In this document: positions 1 to 8,736 of the stretch, piece after piece
Position numbering within the stretch: the first letter of the stretch is position 1
Layout of the letters: each line of letters starts with the position of its first letter
IMG/VR virus record: IMGVR_UViG_3300009093_000042
Coordinates: 1 to 64,000 of that record
Origin: a virus
Taxonomy: Duplodnaviria > Heunggongvirae > Uroviricota > Caudoviricetes
DNA length: 64,000 nucleotides
Direction: 5' to 3' (one strand)
The notes under the pieces: generated by a model
Told to the model about the DNA's origin: nothing
Databases searched by the model: none
Seen by the model: only the letters and a program-made list of their open reading frames with translations
Program-made: the position numbers and the translations under genes

Positions 1-311
1 CCGCCGCCTCGATAGGTAATCGCCAGCTTGGCCTGTTCGGCCAGAGGCTCCCAGTCGAGGATGGTGAATTCCTGCGGGGCCTTGCTCCGGTGAAGGGCGA
101 CGATCTGCGCGCAGATTTTCATCATTGCGTCGATGCTGTTGGCCGGGCACATGAGCCATTCTTCGAACTGCTTCCAGCACTCCGCGCAGATGTGCTTCTT
201 CTTGACGTTGGGGTCAGCGGAGCCGTCCGGCAGCTCAGCGGGCGGCGAGAACGCCAGCCCGCCGTAGGTCATCAGTTCACGCCCGCAGTGATCGCACTTG
301 GGTTTGATCAT
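1..311 (-). CDS. partial CDS, 3' end beyond window start; zinc-ribbon protein (CDHCGRE...CAECWKQF)
   Basis: Minus-frame translation from ATG at 311 (MIKPKCDHCGREL...) runs open to position 1. ATGA overlap with stop of upstream gene 308..874. Confidence 0.5.
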   Translation of the reverse strand, partial: MIKPKCDHCGRELMTYGGLAFSPPAELPDGSADPNVKKKHICAECWKQFEEWLMCPANSIDAMMKICAQIVALHRSKAPQEFTILDWEPLAEQAKLAITYRGG

Positions 312-874
312 GCGCGTCCGGGGATGGAGCGTTCATGGCGTTCGAAGGACATTGGACTGGGCTTGTCCTCCATGTCCTTTTTCTTCTGCGCTTCGGTCAT
401 CTTTTTGATGGCCGGTCCGGTGAGACGGCGGATGTCAAAATCATGGCAGCGGACCATGCCGCCGCTTTTATCGCGCTCGCCCTGGGGTTGAACGTTGACG
501 TGTAGGCATCCGCTCATGAAAAGGACGAGGCCAATCGCGGTGCCCTTAAATCCGGTCGCGGTGTCTTCGACCTGCGTGCCGAGAATGTGCAGAGGGAGGT
601 CACTGGGAAGTGGAATAACTTCACCGCCCTTGATGCGCGTGGGCACGATCCAGTGCATCTTGATCGGTTCGCGTGTTTCTCTGTCCAGGCCCTTCGGCTG
701 GAAGCAATAGCTGTGGGTGAAGTCCATTCCGATTTCCATCAGCGTGATCATGCCTTTCATGTCGCTGGCGGTATCGGTGACCATGCCGCCGAGTTTGAAC
801 ATCGTGGCAGGAGTGACTGTGACTGGAGTTTCAGGAGTTTTAGGAGTTTTGGTGGTTGATGGTTTTGGAGGCAT
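308..874 (-). CDS. hypothetical protein (188 aa)
   Basis: Long minus ORF. Conserved TGTTTACA promoter-like motif abuts its ATG at 875-892. Overlapping plus ORF 90..491 looks antisense (R/A/L-rich). Confidence 0.55.
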   Translation of the reverse strand: MPPKPSTTKTPKTPETPVTVTPATMFKLGGMVTDTASDMKGMITLMEIGMDFTHSYCFQPKGLDRETREPIKMHWIVPTRIKGGEVIPLPSDLPLHILGTQVEDTATGFKGTAIGLVLFMSGCLHVNVQPQGERDKSGGMVRCHDFDIRRLTGPAIKKMTEAQKKKDMEDKPSPMSFERHERSIPGRA

Positions 875-892
875 AATGTTTACAATTTTGAG
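875..892 (-). promoter_or_regulatory. conserved TGTTTACA/TGTAAACA promoter-like element abutting ATG of 308..874
   Basis: Minus strand reads CTCAAAATTGTAAACATT directly before the ATG. Confidence 0.5.
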
Positions 893-932
893 ATGCTGTT
901 ATTGGCTTTATAGATTTGATTGTCAACAATTT

Positions 933-1343
933 TTATTTGGACTTCTTCACCGGAGTTTTTGGATCAGGCGCTGTCAATTTGAACGCCGGTGAGCGAATGC
1001 ACAGATTCTGAATCTGGTGGCTGCTGTAATTGCCGTAGAAGACCGAGACTTCATATCCAGGAACACGGCCATGGAGGACATTGAAGATCGTAGTCAATTC
1101 TTCGGTCGGGTCCGTGCTGATCGCCTGGATGTAGCCCTCCTGGTGACTGGAGGCCACAGTATTGATCCCGGCGTTGCGGAGCATACGGACCCATTCTCGT
1201 ACTCCTTCTTCCATCTTGCCGTAGAAGCTATTGTTTGCTTCCAGGCCGAAGCTGATGCTCGCACCGGCTTCATGGGCGGCGCGAACCATGGTTTCCAATG
1301 TAAGGTTTGGTTTTTGCTTTTGTTTAGTTGGTGGCTTTTTCAT
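933..1343 (-). CDS. hypothetical protein (~136 aa, trimmed from ORF 933..1577)
   Basis: ORF 933..1577 overlaps the upstream gene by 185 nt and has a low-complexity N-terminus. Internal ATG at 1343 follows a GGGAAAGGGAAA SD-like stretch and a GC hairpin after the stop of gene 1393..2052. Confidence 0.45.
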   Translation of the reverse strand: MKKPPTKQKQKPNLTLETMVRAAHEAGASISFGLEANNSFYGKMEEGVREWVRMLRNAGINTVASSHQEGYIQAISTDPTEELTTIFNVLHGRVPGYEVSVFYGNYSSHQIQNLCIRSPAFKLTAPDPKTPVKKSK

Positions 1344-1392
1344 TTTCCCTTTCCCGTGCGCGGTCGCTTCCCGTCCGGCGACCGCGTTGAAA

Positions 1393-2052
1393 TCAAGCAG
1401 CTTTTTGGAGCCGTGCCAGGCGCTTTTCCTCGTGCTGAGCGCAGATGGACTCTGGCTTGGGTTTGTCCATGCGGATGACGGCCCAGAAGTGGGTGAGGTA
1501 GCGTTTGGCATCAGCTTCGGTCCAAGCGTGGATGTAAACGCTATTGCTGTCCTGTTCGCCTTTGGTGACATTCTCATCTTTTACTTTTTCTAAGAACGTG
1601 TCGATCTGCTCACGTCGGAGATCGTGCAGGCTCATGTGATAAACTCGCTTGCGACTGCCGACTTTAAGCTTTGGAACGTAACCCAGGTAGTTGATGAAGT
1701 ACCAGTCAGTGCCCCAGGCCCCGCCGTACTCGTTGGGAATCTTTTTCCAGTCGAAGGGAATCATGTCTTCCGGCTCGGTCATTAGCAGGTACCACATGCC
1801 GGTTTCCTTCATGGAGAGATGACCTTCGTAACAGGTCTTATGGACCCACTCGTCGAGCATTCGCACCATGTACTGGTTGCGGAAAGATTCGGCGGTTACG
1901 TCCCATCCCTTTTTACAGATGGGGCATGTTTGACCACGCATGTCGGAGATGATCGTGGAGACAGTTCTCCCGTGTTCGTCCCAACACACGTTTAATTGTC
2001 CGTAGTCATCGAACCCGAGATTGTGAGCGAGGGGTCTTACGATTTGGTTCAT
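1393..2052 (-). CDS. hypothetical protein (219 aa), Cys/His-containing
   Basis: Long ORF with non-repetitive composition (CPICKKGW..HKTCYEGH). Confidence 0.55.
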   Translation of the reverse strand: MNQIVRPLAHNLGFDDYGQLNVCWDEHGRTVSTIISDMRGQTCPICKKGWDVTAESFRNQYMVRMLDEWVHKTCYEGHLSMKETGMWYLLMTEPEDMIPFDWKKIPNEYGGAWGTDWYFINYLGYVPKLKVGSRKRVYHMSLHDLRREQIDTFLEKVKDENVTKGEQDSNSVYIHAWTEADAKRYLTHFWAVIRMDKPKPESICAQHEEKRLARLQKAA

Positions 2053-2272
2053 GTTTGGTGGTTTTAGGTTTGGTAAAATAGCCGAAGCCCTTGGCGCGAA
2101 GCGTGGCCATGGGTGCGCCTTTTGGTTTCACGCTGGCTGAGCCGCCACGCACGAAAAAGTCATGCAGCGCGGTCAGAAACTTCTGTTGCTCCGGGTCATC
2201 GGTTTTGATTTCGAGCAGGCGGCAGCCGTCACTCATGCAGCCCTTGCGGGGCGCTTTGGCGTAAATTTCCAT
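2006..2272 (-). CDS. hypothetical small basic protein
   Basis: 88-aa ORF filling the gap between flanking genes. Overlaps the downstream gene by 47 nt. Confidence 0.3.
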   Translation of the reverse strand: MEIYAKAPRKGCMSDGCRLLEIKTDDPEQQKFLTALHDFFVRGGSASVKPKGAPMATLRAKGFGYFTKPKTTKHEPNRKTPRSQSRVR

Positions 2273-2274
2273 AA

Positions 2275-2730
2275 TTAGAAAGGGATAGGGACTTTGAAAT
2301 TCGCGAGCGTGAACATCACCAGGGCCAGCGGGATGGTTTCGTAGTGGTCCTTCTGAGGATCGCCGTAGCAGTAGCCGTCTTCGAACTTCCAGAGCTGAAG
2401 CGGGTGCTGGTCATCGACCGTAAGCGACATCTCCATGATCTCAACCACGTAATCGTCATCCTTGTGGTAGGCCGGGATGTCAGCGTCGATTTCGTCGTCC
2501 GGGTGCGGGTGGTCCACGCGGATCATGCCGTGACGCTTCTGGTGCTCTGCGGGCACCTGGAGGGAACAGAATGGCTTCACGGCTGGCCGCCAGTTCTTGT
2601 CGCCCTTGGGAATGCCTTTCGTTTCCTCCTGGCCGGGGAAGTAAAACCAAGCGTAGCCAAACAGGTGAATGGCCACTAACTTGTCGATCTCTTTTAGCTG
2701 CTCGTCCGTGAACTTCTTTATGGCTTGCAT
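2275..2730 (-). CDS. hypothetical protein (151 aa)
   Basis: Uninterrupted minus ORF, acidic and non-repetitive. Confidence 0.5.
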   Translation of the reverse strand: MQAIKKFTDEQLKEIDKLVAIHLFGYAWFYFPGQEETKGIPKGDKNWRPAVKPFCSLQVPAEHQKRHGMIRVDHPHPDDEIDADIPAYHKDDDYVVEIMEMSLTVDDQHPLQLWKFEDGYCYGDPQKDHYETIPLALVMFTLANFKVPIPF

Positions 2731-2924
2731 CTTATTTCAGGCCCAACGTTCAGCCCGGCAAATGCCCACTGTGGCGGATTCTTGACTTCGTGCATCACCG
2801 CACGCGCTTCTGCTTCGCGACGGTCTTCGCACTCGGCCACTCGTCTCCAAACCGTCTCGGTAACATCCGAGGGTTTGGTGACCAGGGTCGCGTACACAGC
2901 CCAGGGCAACGGTTCAGCCTTCAC
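2718..2924 (-). CDS. hypothetical small protein
   Basis: 68-aa ORF in gene-dense minus array with 13-nt overlap to the next gene. Confidence 0.3.
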   Translation of the reverse strand: MKAEPLPWAVYATLVTKPSDVTETVWRRVAECEDRREAEARAVMHEVKNPPQWAFAGLNVGPEIRCKP

Positions 2925-3304
2925 GCTACTTCGAGATCAAATAGTGTAACGGCAAATCTGCTTATGGCGTAATTGATATTCCGGTCGATCACGAGGAGGC
3001 GCTTGGCCACCGGGTGATGCCCGTTTATGTGAACTCTGTTTTGGTCGTCCAACTCCATCGCGAGTTCGTATCCCATCTCGCGAGCTTTTTCCATGCACCG
3101 GAGCCACACCATCTGGGAGGCAATCGGGTTGGCAGTCGGATAAAAAAGTTTTACGTGTTGAAATTTCCAGCCGCTGTCAACGCGGCTGTACCAGTCGTCA
3201 TTCCACAAGGTCCAGCCCATGACCTTTTCAGCAATCACTTTGTCCATTTTTCGATTAGGGCTGTCTTCCACAGGCTTGCTAAAATCTAAGGTCAAAACTG
3301 GCAT
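2921..3304 (-). CDS. hypothetical protein (trimmed; ORF-track start at 3343 is TTG inside the promoter motif)
   Basis: Codon at 3343 is TTG lying within the TTGTTTACAA motif. First ATG is at 3304 (MPVLTLDF...). Confidence 0.45.
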   Translation of the reverse strand: MPVLTLDFSKPVEDSPNRKMDKVIAEKVMGWTLWNDDWYSRVDSGWKFQHVKLFYPTANPIASQMVWLRCMEKAREMGYELAMELDDQNRVHINGHHPVAKRLLVIDRNINYAISRFAVTLFDLEVA

Positions 3305-3330
3305 GTCAGAGATATTTACCTGACGTGACG

Positions 3331-3348
3331 AAATTGTAAACAATTTTT
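3331..3348 (-). promoter_or_regulatory. conserved palindromic promoter-like element
   Basis: AAATTGTAAACAATTTTT. It overlaps the TAA stop of the upstream gene. Confidence 0.5.
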
Positions 3349-3811
3349 ATTTAACTTCGCGATATTCTTTTACCTTAACAAAGGCAAGGACTTCCGAGTC
3401 GTCATTGAAATCGCTTAAGTTGCCGTTGCTACCTGGCAGCTTCTCCCAGATATTACCGTCCTTTTCGAACAGTCCGCCATCAGGAATATCACGGACGGCA
3501 CAAACGCGTCCGGTCGGCACGCATTTCAAGGGCGAACCATCCGGCAGCGTGATCAGACGCATTTCTTTTTTGTTTTTGCGTGCCGCCTGCCTGAGCGTGA
3601 TCGGCACGTAGCAAAACTGATTCGGATCATCGGTGACTGGATCAAACTTCTGCTTCGTGAATCTGCCGTGCCAGGTGCCGGTGTGGCACTCCGAACACAG
3701 GATCATGCCGCTGCTTTTCTTCTTACCGGAGTCAACCAGGCGCGTCCAGTAGTTGCCGTGGAGCGCGGTGTTGTCGATACCGTGGCATTTGTCGCAAACG
3801 AACAGTGGCAT
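3347..3811 (-). CDS. Cys-rich putative zinc-binding protein
   Basis: CDKCHG...CSECHTG...FCY pattern. Ends with TAA overlapping the promoter motif at 3331-3348. Confidence 0.5.
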   Translation of the reverse strand: MPLFVCDKCHGIDNTALHGNYWTRLVDSGKKKSSGMILCSECHTGTWHGRFTKQKFDPVTDDPNQFCYVPITLRQAARKNKKEMRLITLPDGSPLKCVPTGRVCAVRDIPDGGLFEKDGNIWEKLPGSNGNLSDFNDDSEVLAFVKVKEYREVK

Positions 3812-4131
3812 TAGTCAACAATCAGAGTTTTTGAAACAGCGTATTCTCGAAAATCCGGTTTTGGTCGCTTCAGCACCATCTTGCGAAAATTGTCACCGTA
3901 CTCGCCTTCCTCCTCCCATTTCATGGTGCCTTCGGCCAGGCCGACGACGTTCCTGAAAAAGTCGATACCGTGCGTGGTGGACGTGGTCAGTCCGCGTGAA
4001 TACTTCTTCGAGAACCACATCTTCAGGTCCACGAACAGATCGGGGAAGCGCCACGGTGGGGCCAGGTTGAGGATGTGCTCGCACGCTTTTGCGCATTCGA
4101 GCATCGGGTCTGGCGGGGTGGATTCAGTCAT
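3811..4131 (-). CDS. hypothetical protein (trimmed to ATG at 4131)
   Basis: ATG at 4131 forms ATGA overlap with the stop of 4128..4355. GTAAACAT motif lies 4 nt upstream of the ATG. Confidence 0.4.
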   Translation of the reverse strand: MTESTPPDPMLECAKACEHILNLAPPWRFPDLFVDLKMWFSKKYSRGLTTSTTHGIDFFRNVVGLAEGTMKWEEEGEYGDNFRKMVLKRPKPDFREYAVSKTLIVD

Positions 4132-4355
4132 AAGATGTTTACGCTTTGAGCGAAGGTCAGCCTGCCCTTGGAGCGCCCGGTGATCTGGCGTGCGAATGCT
4201 TTTGTTACCAGGCCCTTCGACGTACGATCGAGAGCGATCCATTTCACTTCATTACGCACGTCGGTCATTGTGGGACATTGAAAAGCGCGCACCTGGTTGC
4301 GCTCGCCCGTTACCACAACGGACCAGTGCCCGACCTTATCGCTGTTGTCGATCAT
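4128..4355 (-). CDS. hypothetical small protein
   Basis: 75-aa ORF coupled by ATGA to the downstream gene. Confidence 0.4.
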   Translation of the reverse strand: MIDNSDKVGHWSVVVTGERNQVRAFQCPTMTDVRNEVKWIALDRTSKGLVTKAFARQITGRSKGRLTFAQSVNIL

Positions 4356-4786
4356 GCGCGCTCAAATGCGTGCCAGACGAGCCGACCGCCGAGCTGTTGA
4401 AATGTTCCGATGTAGCGACGATTGGCTTCTTCCGTAGGATTGCCTGTGCCGATGATCTCAATCTCCCGGCGCTGTTTCGGCGCTTTGGGATTAACCATTG
4501 CCCAGATGGCCGGGGTTTCGCCCTGTACTTGAACGGTCAGGATTTTTGCCCCCTCCGGCATCATCACGTTTTGGATGCCTGTTATTTCAAGAGGAAATTT
4601 CCAGATGGTTTTCGCATCGCCTGCGGGCGATTCTTCTTCCTGGTTCCAGAAATCACTGAGCCATTGCATCTCCTTGGAGTACATGTCGGCCCAAGTAGAA
4701 AGACCCGGCTGAGCGTCATCAAGCAGTGATTTGAGCCGGTTTACGTGCTCACGTATGGTATCGAGGTTTGGGGTGGATGAGTTCAT
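4352..4786 (-). CDS. hypothetical protein (144 aa)
   Basis: Minus ORF with 4-nt overlap to the next gene. Confidence 0.5.
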   Translation of the reverse strand: MNSSTPNLDTIREHVNRLKSLLDDAQPGLSTWADMYSKEMQWLSDFWNQEEESPAGDAKTIWKFPLEITGIQNVMMPEGAKILTVQVQGETPAIWAMVNPKAPKQRREIEIIGTGNPTEEANRRYIGTFQQLGGRLVWHAFERA

Positions 4787-4788
4787 AG

Positions 4789-5058
4789 TTAGGTTTCTTC
4801 AGTTTCTTCAGTTTTCATGGAAACGTCGGTTGGCGTTTCTTTTTCTTCGTGCTTGAGATCGCGGGCGTAGATCGCGTAATCGACACCTTGTTGCAGACCG
4901 ACGTGGTTGATGAACCCAGTCAGCACGGCGTCCACGATTTCCTGGGAAGGCGCTTCTTTCAGGTCGTGCATGTGGGAATTGCGCTGGTAGTGGTCTGCGT
5001 CCTTGCGGAATTGACGGGCGTTCTTCGTCAGCATCTCAAGCAGTTCTATCTTTGTCAT
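4789..5058 (-). CDS. hypothetical small acidic protein
   Basis: 89-aa ORF. Confidence 0.4.
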   Translation of the reverse strand: MTKIELLEMLTKNARQFRKDADHYQRNSHMHDLKEAPSQEIVDAVLTGFINHVGLQQGVDYAIYARDLKHEEKETPTDVSMKTEETEET

Positions 5059-5302
5059 GGTGTTCCTGGGCTTTCTGTTTTAGTTCCTTCACTGTTTTGG
5101 CGTGGGCCTTGAACCGGCCCTTCCAGAAAAGATCATATCCGTGCTCCGGCTTATGGATGCCGCGAAACGGTCGGCAATCCATGATCACGTACAAGCGGGC
5201 GAACCGCTTGCCGTAATACTGGCCGTCCTCCACCCAGTGGCGGTGCTGGTTCCGGCTGTAGCGCCAGTCCAGGGGTTTACTGCTTGGCGCGGTCTTCGAC
5301 AT
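5036..5302 (-). CDS. hypothetical basic protein (trimmed from ORF 5036..5569)
   Basis: Only the C-terminal 88 aa from ATG at 5302 look protein-like. The upstream part is low-complexity S/K/R and overlaps the ACP gene in another frame. Confidence 0.3.
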   Translation of the reverse strand: MSKTAPSSKPLDWRYSRNQHRHWVEDGQYYGKRFARLYVIMDCRPFRGIHKPEHGYDLFWKGRFKAHAKTVKELKQKAQEHHDKDRTA

Positions 5303-5531
5303 ACTTTTGGAGCTTCCCGAACGTCTGGAGCTTTTCCGCGTCCTCGTCCGAGATTTCGAAACCAAATTCTTCCTCAATGGCCATGAGGACTTCAACGGCG
5401 TCGAGGGAGTCCGCTCCGAGATCGTCAATGAAGTTGGTTTCGGGTTTGAGCTGCGATTCATCGACGCTAAGCTGCTCGACGATGACTTCTTTAAGGCGCT
5501 GTTCGACAGTTTTATTAGTAGAATTTGACAT
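5277..5531 (-). CDS. acpP: acyl carrier protein
   Basis: [22 protein letters not shown] is the canonical ACP phosphopantetheine-attachment motif (DSL). 84 aa and acidic. Promoter motif lies 9 nt upstream. Confidence 0.8.
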   Translation of the reverse strand: MSNSTNKTVEQRLKEVIVEQLSVDESQLKPETNFIDDLGADSLDAVEVLMAIEEEFGFEISDEDAEKLQTFGKLQKYVEDRAKQ

Positions 5532-5535
5532 AGGT

Positions 5536-5553
5536 GAAAATGTTTACGTTTTG
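5536..5553 (-). promoter_or_regulatory. promoter-like element upstream of ACP gene
   Basis: Minus strand reads TTGACC-N17-CGTAAACATTTTCACCT-ATG. Confidence 0.5.
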
Positions 5554-5573
5554 TCTTTCGGTTGGTCAAGCGC

Positions 5574-5975
5574 TCATTGACGGGGTGGCCTCATTTTCTT
5601 TTCGGTCCACGCGGCGTGCATCCCGTCAACGTCCTTTTTCATTCTTTCCACGGTCTCATTGAGCGAGTCCATGGCGGCCTTCTGTGCTTTAGCGCGGTCG
5701 CCTTCAAGGAAATAAACGTTCCGTCCGACTTCATCTGGGCGATCGTACATGCGGACTCGGCGCACCTGCATGATCTCGTCCGCTTTCACGCGTTCGTGCA
5801 GGCCGACAGAAAATCCCTGCTGACGCAGCTCGTGCGTGACCATCTGCGGAAGGTAGTTTTTACCTGTGAACTTGACCGCGTACTTGCGGATGCTGGCTGC
5901 GATGCCAGTCGGATCGACCGCGACGACAAACTCGTACAGGGTGATGATTTCAGTTTTTGGCGCGGCGGTTTTCAT
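5574..5975 (-). CDS. hypothetical protein (133 aa)
   Basis: Minus ORF. Confidence 0.5.
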   Translation of the reverse strand: MKTAAPKTEIITLYEFVVAVDPTGIAASIRKYAVKFTGKNYLPQMVTHELRQQGFSVGLHERVKADEIMQVRRVRMYDRPDEVGRNVYFLEGDRAKAQKAAMDSLNETVERMKKDVDGMHAAWTEKKMRPPRQ

Positions 5976-6240
5976 CTTTCCATTTCAGGTATTTTTCCAA
6001 GTTTGCGATCCCGTCCAGCATGGCTTCACGGATCATCGTGTCATCACATCGACTGGCATCCCATTTCCATTTGGTTATGACGTGAGCCACATCTTCCAGG
6101 GGCTGAGTCTTGATCCAAGCCACGGCGCGCTTCACGTTGTGCATCGCCCACCAGAGGCGGACGCGCAGCACCGTGTAAGTCCAGAACCACACCAGGTGGT
6201 CACTCAACGACTTCCGCTTGTTCGATTTGCTTTTTATCAT
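5950..6240 (-). CDS. hypothetical basic protein
   Basis: 96-aa ORF overlapping both neighbours by 26 and 41 nt. Confidence 0.35.
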   Translation of the reverse strand: MIKSKSNKRKSLSDHLVWFWTYTVLRVRLWWAMHNVKRAVAWIKTQPLEDVAHVITKWKWDASRCDDTMIREAMLDGIANLEKYLKWKDENRRAKN

Positions 6241-6982
6241 TTTTCGGTACGGGTGGCAGCAGGGCGACTCCAGCCAGATTAGTAAGCGTCTGCATGATTC
6301 TCTCTGGCGTCAGGAACTCCGCCAGGCGCTTGCGCAGCTCGTCGATGCGCTTGGAAAATTCATCCAGGGCAGCACGATTCATCTCATTATCTTCGATGCA
6401 CGCGATGATTTTGCCGCCGCTATCCGTAAACGCGCCCGGCCAGACCTTGATTTTCATCTCGTGGCCGGACCATTCCTTCATGAGGAATTTTCCGTCCCAG
6501 GTGGTGCCGCGATAAACGCCCTTGTAGCTGAAGATGAGGCCGGTGCCGTCTCCGCCGCCCCAGGGGCGCTGCTGATCAATTTCTACCAGGAAGAAGTGTT
6601 CCCACTTCACTTCGAATTTTTTATCGAGCGCGCCCCACATTGCCTGGCGCAGGACTTCGATGTCAGTCCCCTCCATCTTGATGTCCAGTTCCTGGCAGAC
6701 CAGCTCAAAGCTCACGTTCCTGGTCGGATGCGGTGGTTCTTCAGACTGTTCAGTCTGTTTTTCCATGCGCAGCTCGATCTTGACGATTTTATTTTTGATG
6801 CGTTCTTTCCGGCGCTCATGCCGGTCGATGTGTTTGCGCTGGTCGCGTCCGCGCTCATCTTTGTCCTCGTCCTCGGGTGAGACGTAGTCCAGGCGCTCGA
6901 TCTCAACATCCTTGACTTTGTAAACCCAGGTGTCGATGAGCTTGTACGGGTTGTGACGAGACGATCCTAGTTCGCGTGGCAT
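6200..6982 (-). CDS. hypothetical protein (260 aa) with charged coiled-coil-like segment
   Basis: Long ORF containing a KDERGRDQRKHIDRHERRKERIK segment. Confidence 0.5.
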   Translation of the reverse strand: MPRELGSSRHNPYKLIDTWVYKVKDVEIERLDYVSPEDEDKDERGRDQRKHIDRHERRKERIKNKIVKIELRMEKQTEQSEEPPHPTRNVSFELVCQELDIKMEGTDIEVLRQAMWGALDKKFEVKWEHFFLVEIDQQRPWGGGDGTGLIFSYKGVYRGTTWDGKFLMKEWSGHEMKIKVWPGAFTDSGGKIIACIEDNEMNRAALDEFSKRIDELRKRLAEFLTPERIMQTLTNLAGVALLPPVPKNDKKQIEQAEVVE

Positions 6983-6985
6983 AAA

Positions 6986-7309
6986 TTAGCTTTTAGGGGT
7001 GAAGAACTGAGTCTGGGAAAAGTGGCAATGGCCGATGCGCCCTGGCCTGCCGACCGGACAGCCGAGCGTCCGGGCATGGTGTTCGCCCTTTACCTTTTTG
7101 CAGTGTTTGCACTTCACTGGCTTCGGGGCCAGGACACGAGGCTGAACGAGCGCGGTAGTGACTTCCTCAGCATCGCCGTAGTCGCCATTCTCTACAAATC
7201 TGACGAAGCAGTTGGTGCGTCCCATGCGGTAACTGACGAAAACACCGTTGCCACGGTTGGCGTGGGTGACGAGGTCGCCCGTCACGAATTGATGCTTCTT
7301 TTTTGCCAT
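6986..7309 (-). CDS. hypothetical protein (trimmed; ORF-track start 7315 is TTG)
   Basis: ATG at 7309 (MAKKKHQF...). Upstream intergenic carries the promoter motif and a terminator for the preceding gene. Confidence 0.45.
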   Translation of the reverse strand: MAKKKHQFVTGDLVTHANRGNGVFVSYRMGRTNCFVRFVENGDYGDAEEVTTALVQPRVLAPKPVKCKHCKKVKGEHHARTLGCPVGRPGRIGHCHFSQTQFFTPKS

Positions 7310-7335
7310 GCACAATACACTTACACTATTGACGT

Positions 7336-7354
7336 AAAATTGTAAACATTTTTT
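7336..7354 (-). promoter_or_regulatory. conserved palindromic promoter-like element
   Basis: AAAATTGTAAACATTTTTT, between the terminator of 7412..8431 and gene 6986..7309. Confidence 0.5.
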
Positions 7355-7360
7355 ATTACG

Positions 7361-7392
7361 AAAAAAGCGGCCTGGAATTGCTCCCAGGCCGC
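7361..7392 (-). terminator. rho-independent terminator after 7412..8431
   Basis: Minus strand GCGGCCTGG-GAGCAATT-CCAGGCCGC followed by TTTTTTCG. Confidence 0.7.
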
Positions 7393-7411
7393 TTGGTTTA
7401 ATCGAGTGATT

Positions 7412-8431
7412 TTAAGGAGCCGGATGGCCCGTCATCAGATCATTGGTGGTCATGCCGAACGCTTTCATCTGGTCTGCATCCATTTCCACCCACGGCTGGA
7501 CGGTGAAGGCTTTCTTGTTTACGAGCTGGCCAGCAATGTGCGGGCTAATGTCGTTGGTAGGTTGGAGGTAATTGCGGAAGTACAGCGGATACGGTTGATT
7601 GGTCGGGTAGGTCTTGAAGAAGACCGAGAAGCGCGCTCGCGTACCGTACAGCGGCGGATTGAGCGACGGATCATTCGTCCAGTTCACCGTATTTGTATTG
7701 CAGACGACATAACCGTAGTCGGTGAACAATTCCAAATGATTGGTCGGCTCCAACAGGTCTGTCGCGAGATGGTCGGTCGTGTTGGTGTTTGGTGTCAGGC
7801 CCCAGGTTGGCAGCGGCCAGGCCCAGTTGACGTAACCGTGGTACGTGCCGGGACAACCGCCAGAAGTGCCACCAATGAAACCGTTCGTGGCCGCGTGTAC
7901 CCACGCAACAAATCCCGGCTGCTGGACTGCCCGCCAGAATAAGTTTACGCCGGGGATGTTGGGGCCACCGACCATCTGCACGGTGTACTCGCTGTCGTTA
8001 GTCGTGCCGATGAAGATGCCGCCGAGATCATTCCAGTTGGTTGAACCGAGATCGGTTGTCCACTGAACGGTGTAGGCTCTCGTGGGGTCTGTGTTGGTTA
8101 CCGCGATGTTGTAGTAGAGATTTCCGTACGGGGCAGCCGTAGCAGCATCAAAGGGACTCGCGCCCGCGCTCACCAGTAGGTTGTTGCTGTCCACCATCCA
8201 GCCGTAGTTGGTGTACACCTGAACGAAGCCCGGTGTCAGAACGCTGGCCACGCGCACCAGCACGGCATCCAGCGGATACTCCTGAATGACTGGCGGTGGA
8301 TTGGTGTAAGGCGGACAATTCGTGCATGGTGGACAGTCCGGGCACGGTACCGGCTGAGCAGATGCGTTGATAGAAGTTACGGCGATCAGGGTAGCGACCG
8401 CCCCGGCAAATAGGTTTCGTAATTTAGTCAT
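7412..8431 (-). CDS. secreted Cys/Pro-rich protein with N-terminal signal peptide
   Basis: N-terminus MTKLRNLFAGAVATLIAVTSINASA, then PCPDCPPCTNCPPYTNPPP. Followed by a rho-independent terminator on the minus strand. Confidence 0.55.
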   Translation of the reverse strand: MTKLRNLFAGAVATLIAVTSINASAQPVPCPDCPPCTNCPPYTNPPPVIQEYPLDAVLVRVASVLTPGFVQVYTNYGWMVDSNNLLVSAGASPFDAATAAPYGNLYYNIAVTNTDPTRAYTVQWTTDLGSTNWNDLGGIFIGTTNDSEYTVQMVGGPNIPGVNLFWRAVQQPGFVAWVHAATNGFIGGTSGGCPGTYHGYVNWAWPLPTWGLTPNTNTTDHLATDLLEPTNHLELFTDYGYVVCNTNTVNWTNDPSLNPPLYGTRARFSVFFKTYPTNQPYPLYFRNYLQPTNDISPHIAGQLVNKKAFTVQPWVEMDADQMKAFGMTTNDLMTGHPAP

Positions 8432-8467
8432 CCACCAAAGAACGAAACCCGCAGAAAGGGAATTTGT

Positions 8468-8692
8468 TTACGCGGCGAAGGACTGTTCTTCGTGCTTCGG
8501 CTCTTTTGTCTTTTCGGATTTCGGGGGTTGACCAAGCGCGGAAAGCGGAATCGCGACCATTCCCAGGAGCTTCATCTGATGCTCGCTCATGGGCTTGCCG
8601 CAGGCTCCGCATTTTTCGTTTTTGGCACCGGTTCCAATGGTGAGCGTTTTGATTTTATCAATGAACGCCTTGTTAGCTGATTTCTTGCTCAT
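8468..8692 (-). CDS. hypothetical small protein with CxxC
   Basis: 74-aa ORF containing CGACGK. Confidence 0.4.
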   Translation of the reverse strand: MSKKSANKAFIDKIKTLTIGTGAKNEKCGACGKPMSEHQMKLLGMVAIPLSALGQPPKSEKTKEPKHEEQSFAA

Positions 8693-8736
8693 ACGGTTGG
8701 ACTTAACTATGACTTCAGTTTTTCCAAAAGCAAGTC

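Noticed and set aside
90-491. Plus ORF 90..491 at the window start.
   Set aside because: It is antisense to two real minus genes. The 5'-truncated zinc-ribbon ORF 1..311 and ORF 308..874 are coupled by an ATGA junction.
3341-3343. ORF-track starts lying inside the promoter motif at 3343, 7315, 18317, 59906 and 63935.
   Set aside because: These first codons are TTG (reverse complement CAA), created by the TTGTTTACAA motif itself. The first ATG downstream was used instead. For 63935 the frame stays open to the window edge, so the gene is simply truncated.
5036-5569. 177-aa minus ORF spanning the ACP gene in another frame.
   Set aside because: The N-terminal two-thirds is low-complexity S/K/R/T and overlaps the unmistakable ACP gene. 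Only the C-terminal 88 aa from an internal ATG were retained, at low confidence.
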